A stretch of 64,000 nt of DNA from Bacteriovoracaceae bacterium (GCA_016784965.1 JADHTQ010000004.1:17990-81989), one strand, 5' to 3'. Shown: positions 40,433 through 50,361, numbered from the stretch's first letter. Translations and numbers: made by a program. Notes: generated by a model not told the origin, from the letters alone.

Positions 40433-40767
40433 ACAACCTCTAACTTTTCCCCTTTAGTGGCATCTGGTGGGAATTGCCCCCCAGGTAACTCTAAGACCTG
40501 AGTCGCACCAAAGTATGGCAGTGTCATACGCCACGGGGACATGTTGGTAAGAACTTTTATGATTTTAAACTCTGAATCTAAAAATATAACATCAATTTTA
40601 TAGTACATAAAACAGGTATGAACCGAGTTACATGTTTTAATTATTAACCCGTCATACCCCTCCATTTTTTTTTTAAACATAAGTCCAATAAATCTAGTCA
40701 TAAACTTATCTGCAATTTTTACATTTTGGGCAATTTCACTTCCCCTAAATTGTACCTTGTATCGCAT
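40420..40767 (-). CDS. DUF192-family protein
   Basis: RFIGLMFKK...DVIFLDSEFKIIKV...ATQVLELPGG follows the DUF192 pattern. 115 aa. Overlaps the downstream FHA gene by 13 nt. Confidence 0.6.
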   Translation of the reverse strand: MRYKVQFRGSEIAQNVKIADKFMTRFIGLMFKKKMEGYDGLIIKTCNSVHTCFMYYKIDVIFLDSEFKIIKVLTNMSPWRMTLPYFGATQVLELPGGQFPPDATKGEKLEVVCIN

Positions 40768-40887
40768 AAATTGCTTCCCATCATCTTGGACTATGCTCTT
40801 TAATATATTTTGCTTACAACTATTATGATATCAAACAACTAGAGAAAGTCATAGTGCGTGATACTTTTGCAGGGGGCATGGCATCAA

Positions 40888-41958
40888 TCAGATAACTTGA
40901 ATCCGTTCGGCCAACTCTTCCAAAAAAACCTGAGAGGACCTAGCATTGATTTTATCACTAATTTTTGGGATATAAACCGGTTGGTATTCTGATAAATTTC
41001 GTCTTTTACAGTCGAGAATTCTTTCAATCTTTTCATTAAAAGCGTCGTTTTTAATTACCTTTGTTTTCATAGCATCCTTGATGCCAGCTATGGCCTGCTT
41101 TGCTACTTCACTATCCCGATATAATAAAACATCGGCACCCGCGTTTAAGGCCAAAACGGCAGCTTCTTCAGCGCTATAGCGATCAGCGATGGCCTTCATT
41201 TGCATATCATCGGTAATAATAATTTTTTTAAACTTCAAATCAGAGCGCAACAGTTGATAGAGTTTTGGACTCAAGCTACAAGGTAGCTGCGGATCAATGG
41301 CATCAACTAATAGGTGAGCTACCATCATAAACTCAACTCGCGAGCGAACAGCACGACTAAAAGGAATAAACTCCTTGCTTTTTAAATCATCTAGAGATGT
41401 TTTGACAATAGGGAGTTCATAATGTGAATCTTTAGTAGTAGAGCCGTGTCCGGGAAAATGTTTGCTACATGCTAATACATTATTTGTTTGCAATCCTCTT
41501 ATTGCTGCCGAAATAAACTTAGATACTTCTTCTGGCTCGTCTCCAAAAGATCTATTGCCTATTACTTTATTGTTTTTGTTTGTTAAAATGTCACAACAGG
41601 GAGAATAGCTAACATTAATGCCGCACACCGAAAGCTCTGTTGCCATGATTTTATGCACATGAAAGCAGATCTTTGGAGAATCTAGTTTTGCCAGGTCCTC
41701 CATTGCTGGAAATTGGGAAAAATATTTTTTAAAGCGAATTACTCGTCCACCTTCATGGTCAACTGAAATAAAAAGAGGATATTCCTTTCTGGTTTGTTGA
41801 ATGTTGTTAACGAGTTCAGCTAGCTGAGCAGGAGTTTCAAAATTATGAGAAAATAAAATCACTCCCCCAACATCTTCTTCTTCAAGAAATGCTCTTTCTT
41901 GCGGGCCTAATGCAATTCCTTTAATTCCTGTAATTATTAGCTGTCCAACATTGCTCAT
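40888..41958 (-). CDS. nagZ: beta-N-acetylhexosaminidase (GH3, NagZ-like)
   Basis: KHFPGHGSTTKDSHYELP and SVDHEGGRV motifs, 356 aa. Confidence 0.85.
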   Translation of the reverse strand: MSNVGQLIITGIKGIALGPQERAFLEEEDVGGVILFSHNFETPAQLAELVNNIQQTRKEYPLFISVDHEGGRVIRFKKYFSQFPAMEDLAKLDSPKICFHVHKIMATELSVCGINVSYSPCCDILTNKNNKVIGNRSFGDEPEEVSKFISAAIRGLQTNNVLACSKHFPGHGSTTKDSHYELPIVKTSLDDLKSKEFIPFSRAVRSRVEFMMVAHLLVDAIDPQLPCSLSPKLYQLLRSDLKFKKIIITDDMQMKAIADRYSAEEAAVLALNAGADVLLYRDSEVAKQAIAGIKDAMKTKVIKNDAFNEKIERILDCKRRNLSEYQPVYIPKISDKINARSSQVFLEELAERIQVI

Positions 41959-41963
41959 AATTA

Positions 41964-42800
41964 TTATTCCTTGCTTGAATGAGGGTCAAGGTAGTCTCTT
42001 AACCCATCTCCTAAAAGGTTCAATCCCATTATAGGCAATACCATCGATAAACTCAAGATTATCACTAAATATGGTGCTTCTAAAAGCACATTCTTGGCCA
42101 TAGAGAGCATTGTCCCCCAAGAATATTCGCTACCACCTAAACCTAAAAAACCCAAAGTAGCTTCAGAGATTATAACTCCACTAATACCCATTACAAAATG
42201 CACAAGCAAAAGAGGTAAAATTGAGGGTAACACTACAGTAAAAAACAATCGCATATCTGACATGCCGACGGCCTTTGCACTTTCTACATAAGCTAGACCC
42301 ATAACTCTCATCGTTTCCCCTCTGGCAATCTTGGCATAACCGGGCCAGCTAGTTATCACTAGTGCAAACAAGAGCCCAGCAAATGACTGGCCAGTCACTG
42401 ACATGATCATAATGGCAATTAAGATTCTTGGAAAGATGAATATGAGGTTGGTCGACAAATCGCTGACAACTCTTACCCACTTGTGTCCCACAACAGATAA
42501 ATACCCTACAATAATCCCAATCGAGACCGCACTAAAGCTCACCAGCAAGGCCATGCTAAGAGAATACGACAAGCCTATTGATAGGATCTCTAGGACAGAA
42601 CGACCATATATATCAGTCCCAAGTAAATAGTCTCCACTGCCAGGCGGGATTAACTCTTTTTGGATATTTGATGCTGGAGTATAGGGACTTAAAAAACTGC
42701 CCATAACAAATCGGCCATAAAGTTCCCAACCAATAGACCAGAAAACTAAAAAAGCAATAATTATAATTCCCAAACTAATTTCTGTGTTAATTTTTTTCAA
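41964..42800 (-). CDS. ABC transporter permease (DppC/OppC-like)
   Basis: Six-TM protein with the EAA-loop region YVESAKAVGMSDMRLFFTVVLPS, typical of the binding-protein-dependent family. Confidence 0.8.
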   Translation of the reverse strand: MKKINTEISLGIIIIAFLVFWSIGWELYGRFVMGSFLSPYTPASNIQKELIPPGSGDYLLGTDIYGRSVLEILSIGLSYSLSMALLVSFSAVSIGIIVGYLSVVGHKWVRVVSDLSTNLIFIFPRILIAIMIMSVTGQSFAGLLFALVITSWPGYAKIARGETMRVMGLAYVESAKAVGMSDMRLFFTVVLPSILPLLLVHFVMGISGVIISEATLGFLGLGGSEYSWGTMLSMAKNVLLEAPYLVIILSLSMVLPIMGLNLLGDGLRDYLDPHSSKE

Positions 42801-43708
42801 AACTCTATCCTGGGATCTATCAGACTATTTAAGTAATCTATTAAAAAATAAACACACATATAAATAATCGTTGAATAGATAATCACTCCTTGCACTATGG
42901 GATAATCTCTATTTTGAATCCCTTCAAATAAAAGGCTACCCATACCTGGTATATCAAAAATTGTCTCTGAAATCATAGCACCTGCTAAAACAATTGATAG
43001 CTGTATTGCCACTACATTCAAAATTGATGGTAAGCAAACTTTAACCAATCTTAAAAAAACACCAAACTCACTCATTCCTTTTGCTTTTAATACGGTAATC
43101 CATGGAGCAGAAGATTCTTCTAAATATTTATTTCTGGCAACTCTTAAAATAATAGAAGACAGTGGTATCACCAAGGTTACAACGGGCAGTATAGCATGTC
43201 TAATTTCCCCCCACTCAGATACCGGTACAAGCTTCAGCTTTATGGCAAATATGTACACCAAAATTGGAGCAAGTGAAAAGATGGGAAAGGATAATGCAAG
43301 CAAAGAGATGGTCCTTGATACATTATCATATGTTTTGGACTTATAAAAAGCAGCAAGAGCACCCAAAAATGTCCCCAGGATACAAGATATAAAAATTGAA
43401 AGCAGTGCTAAAGTAAATGTTGGTATCATCCGGGCCTTAATCAGTGAGAACACATCCTTTTTTTTATAAAGGGAGCTGCCCAAGTCTCCTTTACTCAAGT
43501 TTAGAAAGTAAGTTATATATTGTTTATATAAAGGCAAATCTAGTCCAAGTTGTTGGCGATACAAAAAAACCTCTTCTAAGGAAGCCTCAGGTCCTAAGAT
43601 CCTACTTACAGGGTCTCCAGGGGCCATCCGAATTACAAAAAAAATGGCGGTTACTGCCAAAATAATTGTAAAAAAAGAATATGCAAGCCTTTTAACAACA
43701 TTCTTCAT
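42797..43708 (-). CDS. ABC transporter permease (DppB/OppB-like)
   Basis: N-terminal FFVIRMAPGDP motif and the EAA-like region WITVLKAKGMSEFGVFLRLVKVCLPS. 4-nt overlap with the downstream permease. Confidence 0.8.
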   Translation of the reverse strand: MKNVVKRLAYSFFTIILAVTAIFFVIRMAPGDPVSRILGPEASLEEVFLYRQQLGLDLPLYKQYITYFLNLSKGDLGSSLYKKKDVFSLIKARMIPTFTLALLSIFISCILGTFLGALAAFYKSKTYDNVSRTISLLALSFPIFSLAPILVYIFAIKLKLVPVSEWGEIRHAILPVVTLVIPLSSIILRVARNKYLEESSAPWITVLKAKGMSEFGVFLRLVKVCLPSILNVVAIQLSIVLAGAMISETIFDIPGMGSLLFEGIQNRDYPIVQGVIIYSTIIYMCVYFLIDYLNSLIDPRIEF

Positions 43709-43715
43709 GGGTTAA

Positions 43716-44510
43716 TTATTTCTTTTTAATGCGTACCAAAGATACACCTTGTTCCACCCAAAACATCTTCTTAAAATCCATACTAGAATCGAGATGATAT
43801 TGGATAATTTGATCTGCAATAGTTAGTTCAAAGCGAACATCTCCAAGTTTTGACTGACCTACATAAACAAAATTGGCCATACTAAAAACGGCCTCGGGTA
43901 CATGGCCATATTGCTGCTGAAAATATGGATAGCCATCCCAAATCACATGAAACGTCATTTGTCCCACTTTGCGTGAGGTAGCTTCTGTAAAAAAATTAGT
44001 TGCCTTCACACATTCAATCAACTGAGAAAAAAAGCAAAATACACCCGTACCTTTAGGAAATGGAATACTTTGGGTTCCATTCCACTGCTTTTTGGGAGAA
44101 TTCAATCTAATATCCAAGTTTCTTGTATAGGTATTAATCTTAAGTTCAGAAAAATACTTTTTTTTATCAAACCACACTGTGTATTGTGAAATATTTGGTC
44201 TTAGAGATGGAATCTTATTCAACATACCCGGTGTTGAAAAGCTGATATTTTTTTCTAAAACCTTACTCTGATTCTCTTTATCTACAACTTTTCTCTTTAA
44301 AACAAAGTTTTTTGTTTTGCTATCAAAAAAACGCTCCCTTATCTCTACGTATTGTCCAGACTTATCAGTTAAATAGTACTTAGACTGCCGATGTGAGAGT
44401 TTTTTTTTCAAAGAGTGAGGTGATGTTGCCTTGGGCGAAGAAGGCGCCCAAATTGCACATGAAGTAGCAAGTGTGATATTAAACCATGTAATGATAAACA
44501 AATTGTTCAT
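43716..44510 (-). CDS. hypothetical exported protein
   Basis: 264-aa ORF with a hydrophobic N-terminus (FIITWFNITLATSCA). 4-nt overlap with the upstream gene. No motif recognised. Confidence 0.45.
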   Translation of the reverse strand: MNNLFIITWFNITLATSCAIWAPSSPKATSPHSLKKKLSHRQSKYYLTDKSGQYVEIRERFFDSKTKNFVLKRKVVDKENQSKVLEKNISFSTPGMLNKIPSLRPNISQYTVWFDKKKYFSELKINTYTRNLDIRLNSPKKQWNGTQSIPFPKGTGVFCFFSQLIECVKATNFFTEATSRKVGQMTFHVIWDGYPYFQQQYGHVPEAVFSMANFVYVGQSKLGDVRFELTIADQIIQYHLDSSMDFKKMFWVEQGVSLVRIKKK

Positions 44511-45340
44511 ACAAACTCTTCAAATTCCTTCAAAGCCCCATCATTATTAAACTCTTGACCTAGAAGTTCTTTTATAGTGGTGTTTAATAAGTCCCCTATC
44601 CTTTCAAAGTGCATCCCAATTTTTTTCATGGAAATTGCAGGAAACCTGGAATCTATATAATCTAGACGATATTTGACTGAAGCATTTTTAATTGGAAACT
44701 CATCTTTGTTAAGTGTGATAGAAAAATCATATCCACCAGAGTCCTTGTTAAAAAAATAGTCAAACTCTGTTTGATTAACAATAAAGGATATTCCTTTAAC
44801 CGAAAGGTCCATCACACGAAATCTACAGATATTATCGCCTTGCTCACTTTTTTGCTCTACGAATTTTTTAATCATCTCCACATTGGATTTTTCACTTTTA
44901 TTTAAATAGAGCAGGTTGTTTGAAGAGCTTTTGCCTGATTCTACACTGAAATTGGCATAGGCTTCGTGATGAGGAAAAAGCAGTAAGCGCTCTTTGTCTC
45001 TTTTTTCATGCTTAAACACTGATTCGGTCAGCTTAAGCTGAAACTCTCCAACCACGGGGTGTGGAGTTGTTTGAATAGTCCCTTTTGAAAAATAGGCAAC
45101 GGGTCCAATTGTTAACTTCATGAAGTATATATCTTTGACTTTAATTAGATCTTCTTGGTTGCATCTTAAATAAATTATTGCGTTATTATCTTCAAAGGAT
45201 GTTTGCAAGATATCGCAACTTAGAGCGGCAGCTGTTTTTTGCCAAATTAGCACATTTGAAATCGACTTCAAATTGGAGATCTTGCGAATTGTTTCTGGTC
45301 TAGATAACTTGATAAACAAAGGCCCATCGCTTCCTTGCAT
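44507..45340 (-). CDS. hypothetical protein, possible PilZ/YcgR-like c-di-GMP receptor
   Basis: KRDKER (RxxxR-like) and RVMDLSVKGISF (DxSxxG) are present, but the spacing between them is longer than in canonical PilZ domains. Lies immediately downstream of mreB. Confidence 0.3.
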   Translation of the reverse strand: MQGSDGPLFIKLSRPETIRKISNLKSISNVLIWQKTAAALSCDILQTSFEDNNAIIYLRCNQEDLIKVKDIYFMKLTIGPVAYFSKGTIQTTPHPVVGEFQLKLTESVFKHEKRDKERLLLFPHHEAYANFSVESGKSSSNNLLYLNKSEKSNVEMIKKFVEQKSEQGDNICRFRVMDLSVKGISFIVNQTEFDYFFNKDSGGYDFSITLNKDEFPIKNASVKYRLDYIDSRFPAISMKKIGMHFERIGDLLNTTIKELLGQEFNNDGALKEFEEFV

Positions 45341-45365
45341 GACAGCTTCCTTACTACAAAAGTTT

Positions 45366-46403
45366 TTAAGATATCATGGTTACCTGTTTGAGAAGAGAGA
45401 TCGTCTCAAGACACTTTCCACATCCCCTTACAACACTTGTTAGTGGATCTTCGGCCAAAGAAACTGGTAACCCTGTTTTTTCTTTAATTAAAATATCTAA
45501 ATTAGCTAGCAGCGAGCCTCCCCCTGCTAAAATAATTCCATTATCTACTATATCGGCCGCTAACTCGGGAGGTGTTTTTTCTAATGCAACTTTAATGGCC
45601 TCTACCACTTCTGAAACTGGGTCTGACAGCGCATCTCTTATTTCATCAGAGGTCACTTCAATAATTTTTGGAGCCCCTGCTATCAAATCTCGCCCCTTTA
45701 CTTCGTGGGTTTTGGTATCATCTTCAAATGGGTACGCATTTCCAATATTAATTTTTATCGCCTCAGCTGTCCGCTCTCCAATTAATAGAGAATATTTTTT
45801 CTTGATATAGGATGAAATCGCGTCATCAAATTTGTCTCCGGCAACTCTGACTGACTTTGAAAAGACAATGCCTCCCAGAGAAATTACCGCCACCTCAGTA
45901 GTGCCTCCACCAATATCAACAATCATGTTACCAGATGGCTCGGTAATGGGTAGGTCGGCTCCAATCGCCGCGGCCATTGGCTCCTCGATAAGATAAACCT
46001 CTCTGGCCCCTGCTTGCTCTGCAGACTCTTTAACCGCTCTTTTTTCAACTTGAGTAATACCAAAGGGGATACATATAATAATTCTTGGCTTAATCAGTTT
46101 AGATCCTGCCATTGATTTTTGAATAAAGTAGCGCAACATTGCCTGAGTGACTTCAAAGTCAGCAATTACTCCATCCTTCATCGGTCTAATTGCCTTAATA
46201 GAGCCAGGTGTTCTACCCAACATCAGTTTGGCCTCTTTGCCTACGGCAAGTACTTTACTAACCCCGCCCATCCCTTGGTGCACCGCCACAACTGAGGGCT
46301 CATTTACAATAATCCCCCGATCCTTGGCGTAAACTAAGGTATTTGCGGTTCCAAGGTCAATGGCCAGATCATTTGAAAACCAATCTAAAAATTTTGAAAA
46401 CAT
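45366..46403 (-). CDS. mreB: rod shape-determining protein MreB
   Basis: [37 protein letters not shown] and [11 protein letters not shown] actin-fold motifs, 345 aa. Confidence 0.95.
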   Translation of the reverse strand: MFSKFLDWFSNDLAIDLGTANTLVYAKDRGIIVNEPSVVAVHQGMGGVSKVLAVGKEAKLMLGRTPGSIKAIRPMKDGVIADFEVTQAMLRYFIQKSMAGSKLIKPRIIICIPFGITQVEKRAVKESAEQAGAREVYLIEEPMAAAIGADLPITEPSGNMIVDIGGGTTEVAVISLGGIVFSKSVRVAGDKFDDAISSYIKKKYSLLIGERTAEAIKINIGNAYPFEDDTKTHEVKGRDLIAGAPKIIEVTSDEIRDALSDPVSEVVEAIKVALEKTPPELAADIVDNGIILAGGGSLLANLDILIKEKTGLPVSLAEDPLTSVVRGCGKCLETISLLKQVTMIS

Positions 46404-46415
46404 GAATAATTCCTT

Positions 46416-47348
46416 TTACCAACGATAGTGTCTAATCTTTTCACCACGTGAGGCAATATCCGCCATCGCCTCAATCCCGAGCTCTAAATGTGTATCGGTA
46501 TATTTTCTAAAAACGCTTTTTGCTGATTTTTTGGTCTTAATTCCACCTTTTTTAAAAGGGCAATCTGATACAAGAAGAAGTGCACCAATATTAACCTTAC
46601 TCACAAAGCATGCCGTAAATAGTGCCGCAGTTTCCATCTCCACAGCAAGGACTCGCTCTTTGATTACTTCGGCCTTGAATGTTTCATCAAATTCCCAAAA
46701 CCGATAATCTGTTGAGTGAATGGTTCCAGTACGGTATTCATGACCATTTTCTACCAGAATTTGACTGACAAATTTTTGAATTTTAAAGGTAGGCAAAGCA
46801 GGAACTTGCGGTGGTAAAAAATGATCTGAAACTCCCTCTGCCCTTATCGATGCAACTGGTAGAACAAAGTCACCAACCTTTAGCGAAGAATGTACTCCTC
46901 CACACATTCCCAAAAATAAAACTGCTCGCGGTTTGGCCACCGCCAATAGTTCTCCAATTAGGGCCGCCATGGCAGAACCGATGCCAAACTCCACAATAGT
47001 GACACCGGCTTTCTTGGAAGATGCGGCGCAAAACGCAGATCCCTTAGTAAACTTGGTGTCATCGAGTATGCTACAAAAGCGCTTTGTATAGTAATTAAAA
47101 TTGGTAATGATAATATGCTTATGGAACATATCGAGAGTATGGCCTGTATAGCGCTCTAACATATCAATCGCTACTTTCTTTTTGGCCTCATTACCATGGA
47201 TACGCCTAGACCTCAAAAGAACGCGGAGTGGATCTAGGTAATCCTTCTCTATAACGTCGTCAAGGCCCTCTTGAGGAATATCTTTTTCCTCTACAGATTT
47301 TATTGAAAAGGTCCTCTTGGACAACATTTTTTTCTTTTTAATTCCCAT
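46416..47348 (-). CDS. AMP nucleosidase-like / PNP-UDP family nucleosidase
   Basis: The FLGMCGG motif, VEMETAALF and overall PNP_UDP_1-like layout match the catalytic domain of short-form AMP nucleosidases. Confidence 0.55.
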   Translation of the reverse strand: MGIKKKKMLSKRTFSIKSVEEKDIPQEGLDDVIEKDYLDPLRVLLRSRRIHGNEAKKKVAIDMLERYTGHTLDMFHKHIIITNFNYYTKRFCSILDDTKFTKGSAFCAASSKKAGVTIVEFGIGSAMAALIGELLAVAKPRAVLFLGMCGGVHSSLKVGDFVLPVASIRAEGVSDHFLPPQVPALPTFKIQKFVSQILVENGHEYRTGTIHSTDYRFWEFDETFKAEVIKERVLAVEMETAALFTACFVSKVNIGALLLVSDCPFKKGGIKTKKSAKSVFRKYTDTHLELGIEAMADIASRGEKIRHYRW

Positions 47349-47514
47349 GGCTTAAACGTGACCCTCAAAATCAAGAATAATTGTTTTTAATCTACATAAA
47401 ATCTAACACTTACTTTTTGACTTGCCAATAGTAAGAACTTCAAATAATATCCATGAGCCTGCTAATTTGAGATTATAAATACTAACTACAGCATCAATTA
47501 AAGAGAGCAATGAC

Positions 47515-47622
47515 ATGGGAATGGGTCGCAAGAAATCAGTACTTAAGATGAAAAGAAAAAAAGCACAAGCCAAGACGAAACAAAGAAGAAAGAGTAAAGT
47601 CGTTACCGCTAGTAAAAAATAA
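47515..47622 (+). CDS. candidate 35-aa highly basic peptide (unannotated)
   Basis: Translation is MGMGRKKSVLKMKRKKAQAKTKQRRKSKVVTASKK. It lies in an otherwise empty 450-nt intergenic region, preceded by a weak purine-rich stretch (AAAGAGAG). Not on the ORF track because of its size. Confidence 0.25.
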   Translation: MGMGRKKSVLKMKRKKAQAKTKQRRKSKVVTASKK

Positions 47623-47799
47623 GTTCTATATAAGTCCTAAAATCCAGCTTATTGCAATGCAGCCACCTGTTAATGTGCAATGCCATCTCATGGCCGTCCA
47701 AGTCTTTTATGACTGCAATGCTTTAATTTTGCCTTCCATTTAAAAATATATGCGATATCCTTAAAATCTAATAATTAAATTGGGATTAAGGCACAAATT

Positions 47800-49161
47800 A
47801 TGACCGCACAAGATTTACTATTTTACAGCACGAATAAAATTTCTAAGCCACTCAACTTCTTCCAAGCGATATTAGAGGGACTGGCTCCCGATCGTGGACT
47901 TTATATGCCTGAGTCGATACCTGTTATCTCTAAAGAGGTTATCAAAGATATGCATGGGTTGGAATATCACCAAATTGCCCACCTCATTTTAGAGCAATTC
48001 ATGGAGGATCCTCAGCAAGACTTAAAGCAAAAATGCCAAGATGCGTATTCTTTTTTTCCACGACTTGAAGCGGTTAGTCCTTCCAATCATCTCTTGTGGT
48101 TGGACACAGGGCCGACTGCCTCCTTTAAAGACTTTGCTGCTCAAATGATGTCGCGCTTGATGGGAACCAAACTAGACAAAGATAAAAAGTTACTAATTTT
48201 AACTGCCACTTCAGGGGATACAGGATCGGCCATTGCCCGGGCCTTTTATCAAATTCCCAATATCAACTTGGTTATTTTATTTCCCATATCTGAAGTTTCA
48301 GATAGTCAAAGAAAGCAGATGACTACACTTGGTGGCAATGTTGACGTTATCGGAATTGATGGAAAATTTGACGACGCCCAAGCGCTTGTCAAGAGGGCCT
48401 TTACCGACAGGGCCTTAACCAAACTCAACTTAACTTCAGCAAACTCTATTAACATTGCCAGACTCCTGCCACAATCAGTGTACTATTTTTGGGCATATTC
48501 TCGCTTAATAAAAAATGCCGATGCCGAGATAATTTTTTCCATCCCCTCTGGAAATTTTGGCGACATGATGGGGGCAATTCTGGCATGGAAGATGGGACTT
48601 CCCATCAAGAAATTAATTGTTGCCACAAATGCTAATGATGAGTTTCCCAAATTTTTACAAACTGGTGAGTATCAAAAAGTTGAACCCTCCAGAAAATGCA
48701 TCTCCAACGCCATGAATGTCGGCCACCCCAGCAATCTGGCCAGACTAATCGATATCTTTGGTGGAGCTATGGACGAAAATGGAGAGGTAAATATTGAGCC
48801 AGATTTAGACAAAATGAGACAGCTTATCTACTCTTGTTCTGTTAGCGATGAGCAAACCAGACAAACCATGCAAACAGTATATAAAAAACACAATATTATT
48901 TTAGATCCTCATGGGGCAGTCGGCTGGTTTGGGATGACAAAATTCCTTAAAGAAAATCCATTGGATGCAGACGTTAAATCCGTCTGCCTGGAGACGGCCA
49001 ATCCTGCCAAGTTTAAAGAAGAGGTTAATAAAATTCTAGGTGTCACACCACCTATTCCACCATCTCTTGCCAATATCGACCAAGCTGATGAACATTTTTT
49101 AAAGATGTCATCAAATTACGAAGATTTTGCCAAATATCTTTTGGAGCATAAATTAAAATGA
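47800..49161 (+). CDS. thrC: threonine synthase
   Basis: GPTASFKDFAAQ (PLP lysine motif), TSGDTGSA and long-form ThrC layout, 453 aa. Confidence 0.9.
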   Translation: MTAQDLLFYSTNKISKPLNFFQAILEGLAPDRGLYMPESIPVISKEVIKDMHGLEYHQIAHLILEQFMEDPQQDLKQKCQDAYSFFPRLEAVSPSNHLLWLDTGPTASFKDFAAQMMSRLMGTKLDKDKKLLILTATSGDTGSAIARAFYQIPNINLVILFPISEVSDSQRKQMTTLGGNVDVIGIDGKFDDAQALVKRAFTDRALTKLNLTSANSINIARLLPQSVYYFWAYSRLIKNADAEIIFSIPSGNFGDMMGAILAWKMGLPIKKLIVATNANDEFPKFLQTGEYQKVEPSRKCISNAMNVGHPSNLARLIDIFGGAMDENGEVNIEPDLDKMRQLIYSCSVSDEQTRQTMQTVYKKHNIILDPHGAVGWFGMTKFLKENPLDADVKSVCLETANPAKFKEEVNKILGVTPPIPPSLANIDQADEHFLKMSSNYEDFAKYLLEHKLK

Positions 49162-50357
49162 AACGACTAATAATAGTGATCGATGGAGTTGCAGATTACC
49201 CCATAAAATCACTTGGGGGTAAAACTCCGCTAATGCAGGCCCATACTCCCCATATGGATCAACTGGCAAAAGAGGGGGTTACTGGAAAGTTTATCACCGT
49301 TCCAGAGGGACTTTTACCAGGGTCAGAAGTGGCAAACCTCTCCATAATGGGATATTGCCCCGTCGAAAACTTTTGCCAGCGGGGAGTCTTGGAGGCCGCT
49401 AGCCTCGGTGTTGAGTTATCGGACCATCAAGTTGCCATGCGTTGTAATCTGGTTTATATCAAAGACCAAAAAATGTGCAACCACTCCGGGGGAGACCTAG
49501 AGCACGAAGACGCAAAACAGTTCATTTGTGCCCTTAACCAAAAACTGGGCAATGATAGATTTCATTTTTATCAGGGAGTCCATTATCGTCATTTGTTAGT
49601 TGTCGATCGCGGAGATTCCCATATTACTTGCTGGCCCCCACACGATCATCTAGGAAAGACTCTTGAACAGTTGCAAATAACTGCAAATACCAAAGAGGCC
49701 CAGGAAACTGCCGATGCGCTTAACAAGTTAATTTTAGATTCACAAGCAGTACTCCAGAATGTGCCCTACAATCAAAATATATCGAGTGAATTAAAGCACC
49801 CCAATTATATCTGGCCCTGGGCAGCTGGTGAAAAACCCAAAATGCAGCCTATTGCAGAACTTACTGGACTTAGAGGTGCAGTTATCACTGCTGTGGACCT
49901 AATAAAAGGACTGGGAATATACGCGGGTATGAAGGTAATCCCTGTGGAAGGGGCTACTGGTAATTATCAAACTAATTACGAAAACAAAGCTACCGCTGCA
50001 ATCAAAGCGCTTAATGACTACGACTATGTTTTTTTACATGTGGAAGCCGCCGATGAAGCTTCTCATGATGGAGACTTAGACTTAAAAATTAAAGTTATTA
50101 ACGATTTAGATTCTAGGCTTTTGGCCAACATCATGAAAGAAGTTAAATCACAGAACTTGGATGTGTCCATTGCACTACTTCCCGATCACCCAACTCCAGT
50201 GGAGCTGCGCTGCCACGTAAGTGATCCTGTACCTCTTGTTATCTGGGGTGGAGCAAGATCTGATCAAGTAGTGGAGTATAGCGAAGAAAGTACCAAACAG
50301 GGCGCTTTGGGCACTATTGATCAAAAAACGTTTTTTAATTATTTTTTTATAGATTAG
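49158..50357 (+). CDS. ApgM-type cofactor-independent phosphoglycerate mutase family protein, possibly the alternative homoserine kinase
   Basis: MKRLIIVIDGVADYPIKSLGGKTPLMQAHTPHMDQLAKEG and VEAADEASHDGD are metalloenzyme-superfamily motifs. ATGA overlap with the thrC stop. Confidence 0.75.
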   Translation: MKRLIIVIDGVADYPIKSLGGKTPLMQAHTPHMDQLAKEGVTGKFITVPEGLLPGSEVANLSIMGYCPVENFCQRGVLEAASLGVELSDHQVAMRCNLVYIKDQKMCNHSGGDLEHEDAKQFICALNQKLGNDRFHFYQGVHYRHLLVVDRGDSHITCWPPHDHLGKTLEQLQITANTKEAQETADALNKLILDSQAVLQNVPYNQNISSELKHPNYIWPWAAGEKPKMQPIAELTGLRGAVITAVDLIKGLGIYAGMKVIPVEGATGNYQTNYENKATAAIKALNDYDYVFLHVEAADEASHDGDLDLKIKVINDLDSRLLANIMKEVKSQNLDVSIALLPDHPTPVELRCHVSDPVPLVIWGGARSDQVVEYSEESTKQGALGTIDQKTFFNYFFID

Positions 50358-50361
50358 GTTT

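Noticed and set aside
45376-45810. 144-aa plus-strand ORF inside mreB
   Set aside because: It is antisense to an unambiguous MreB coding sequence, so it is a shadow ORF.
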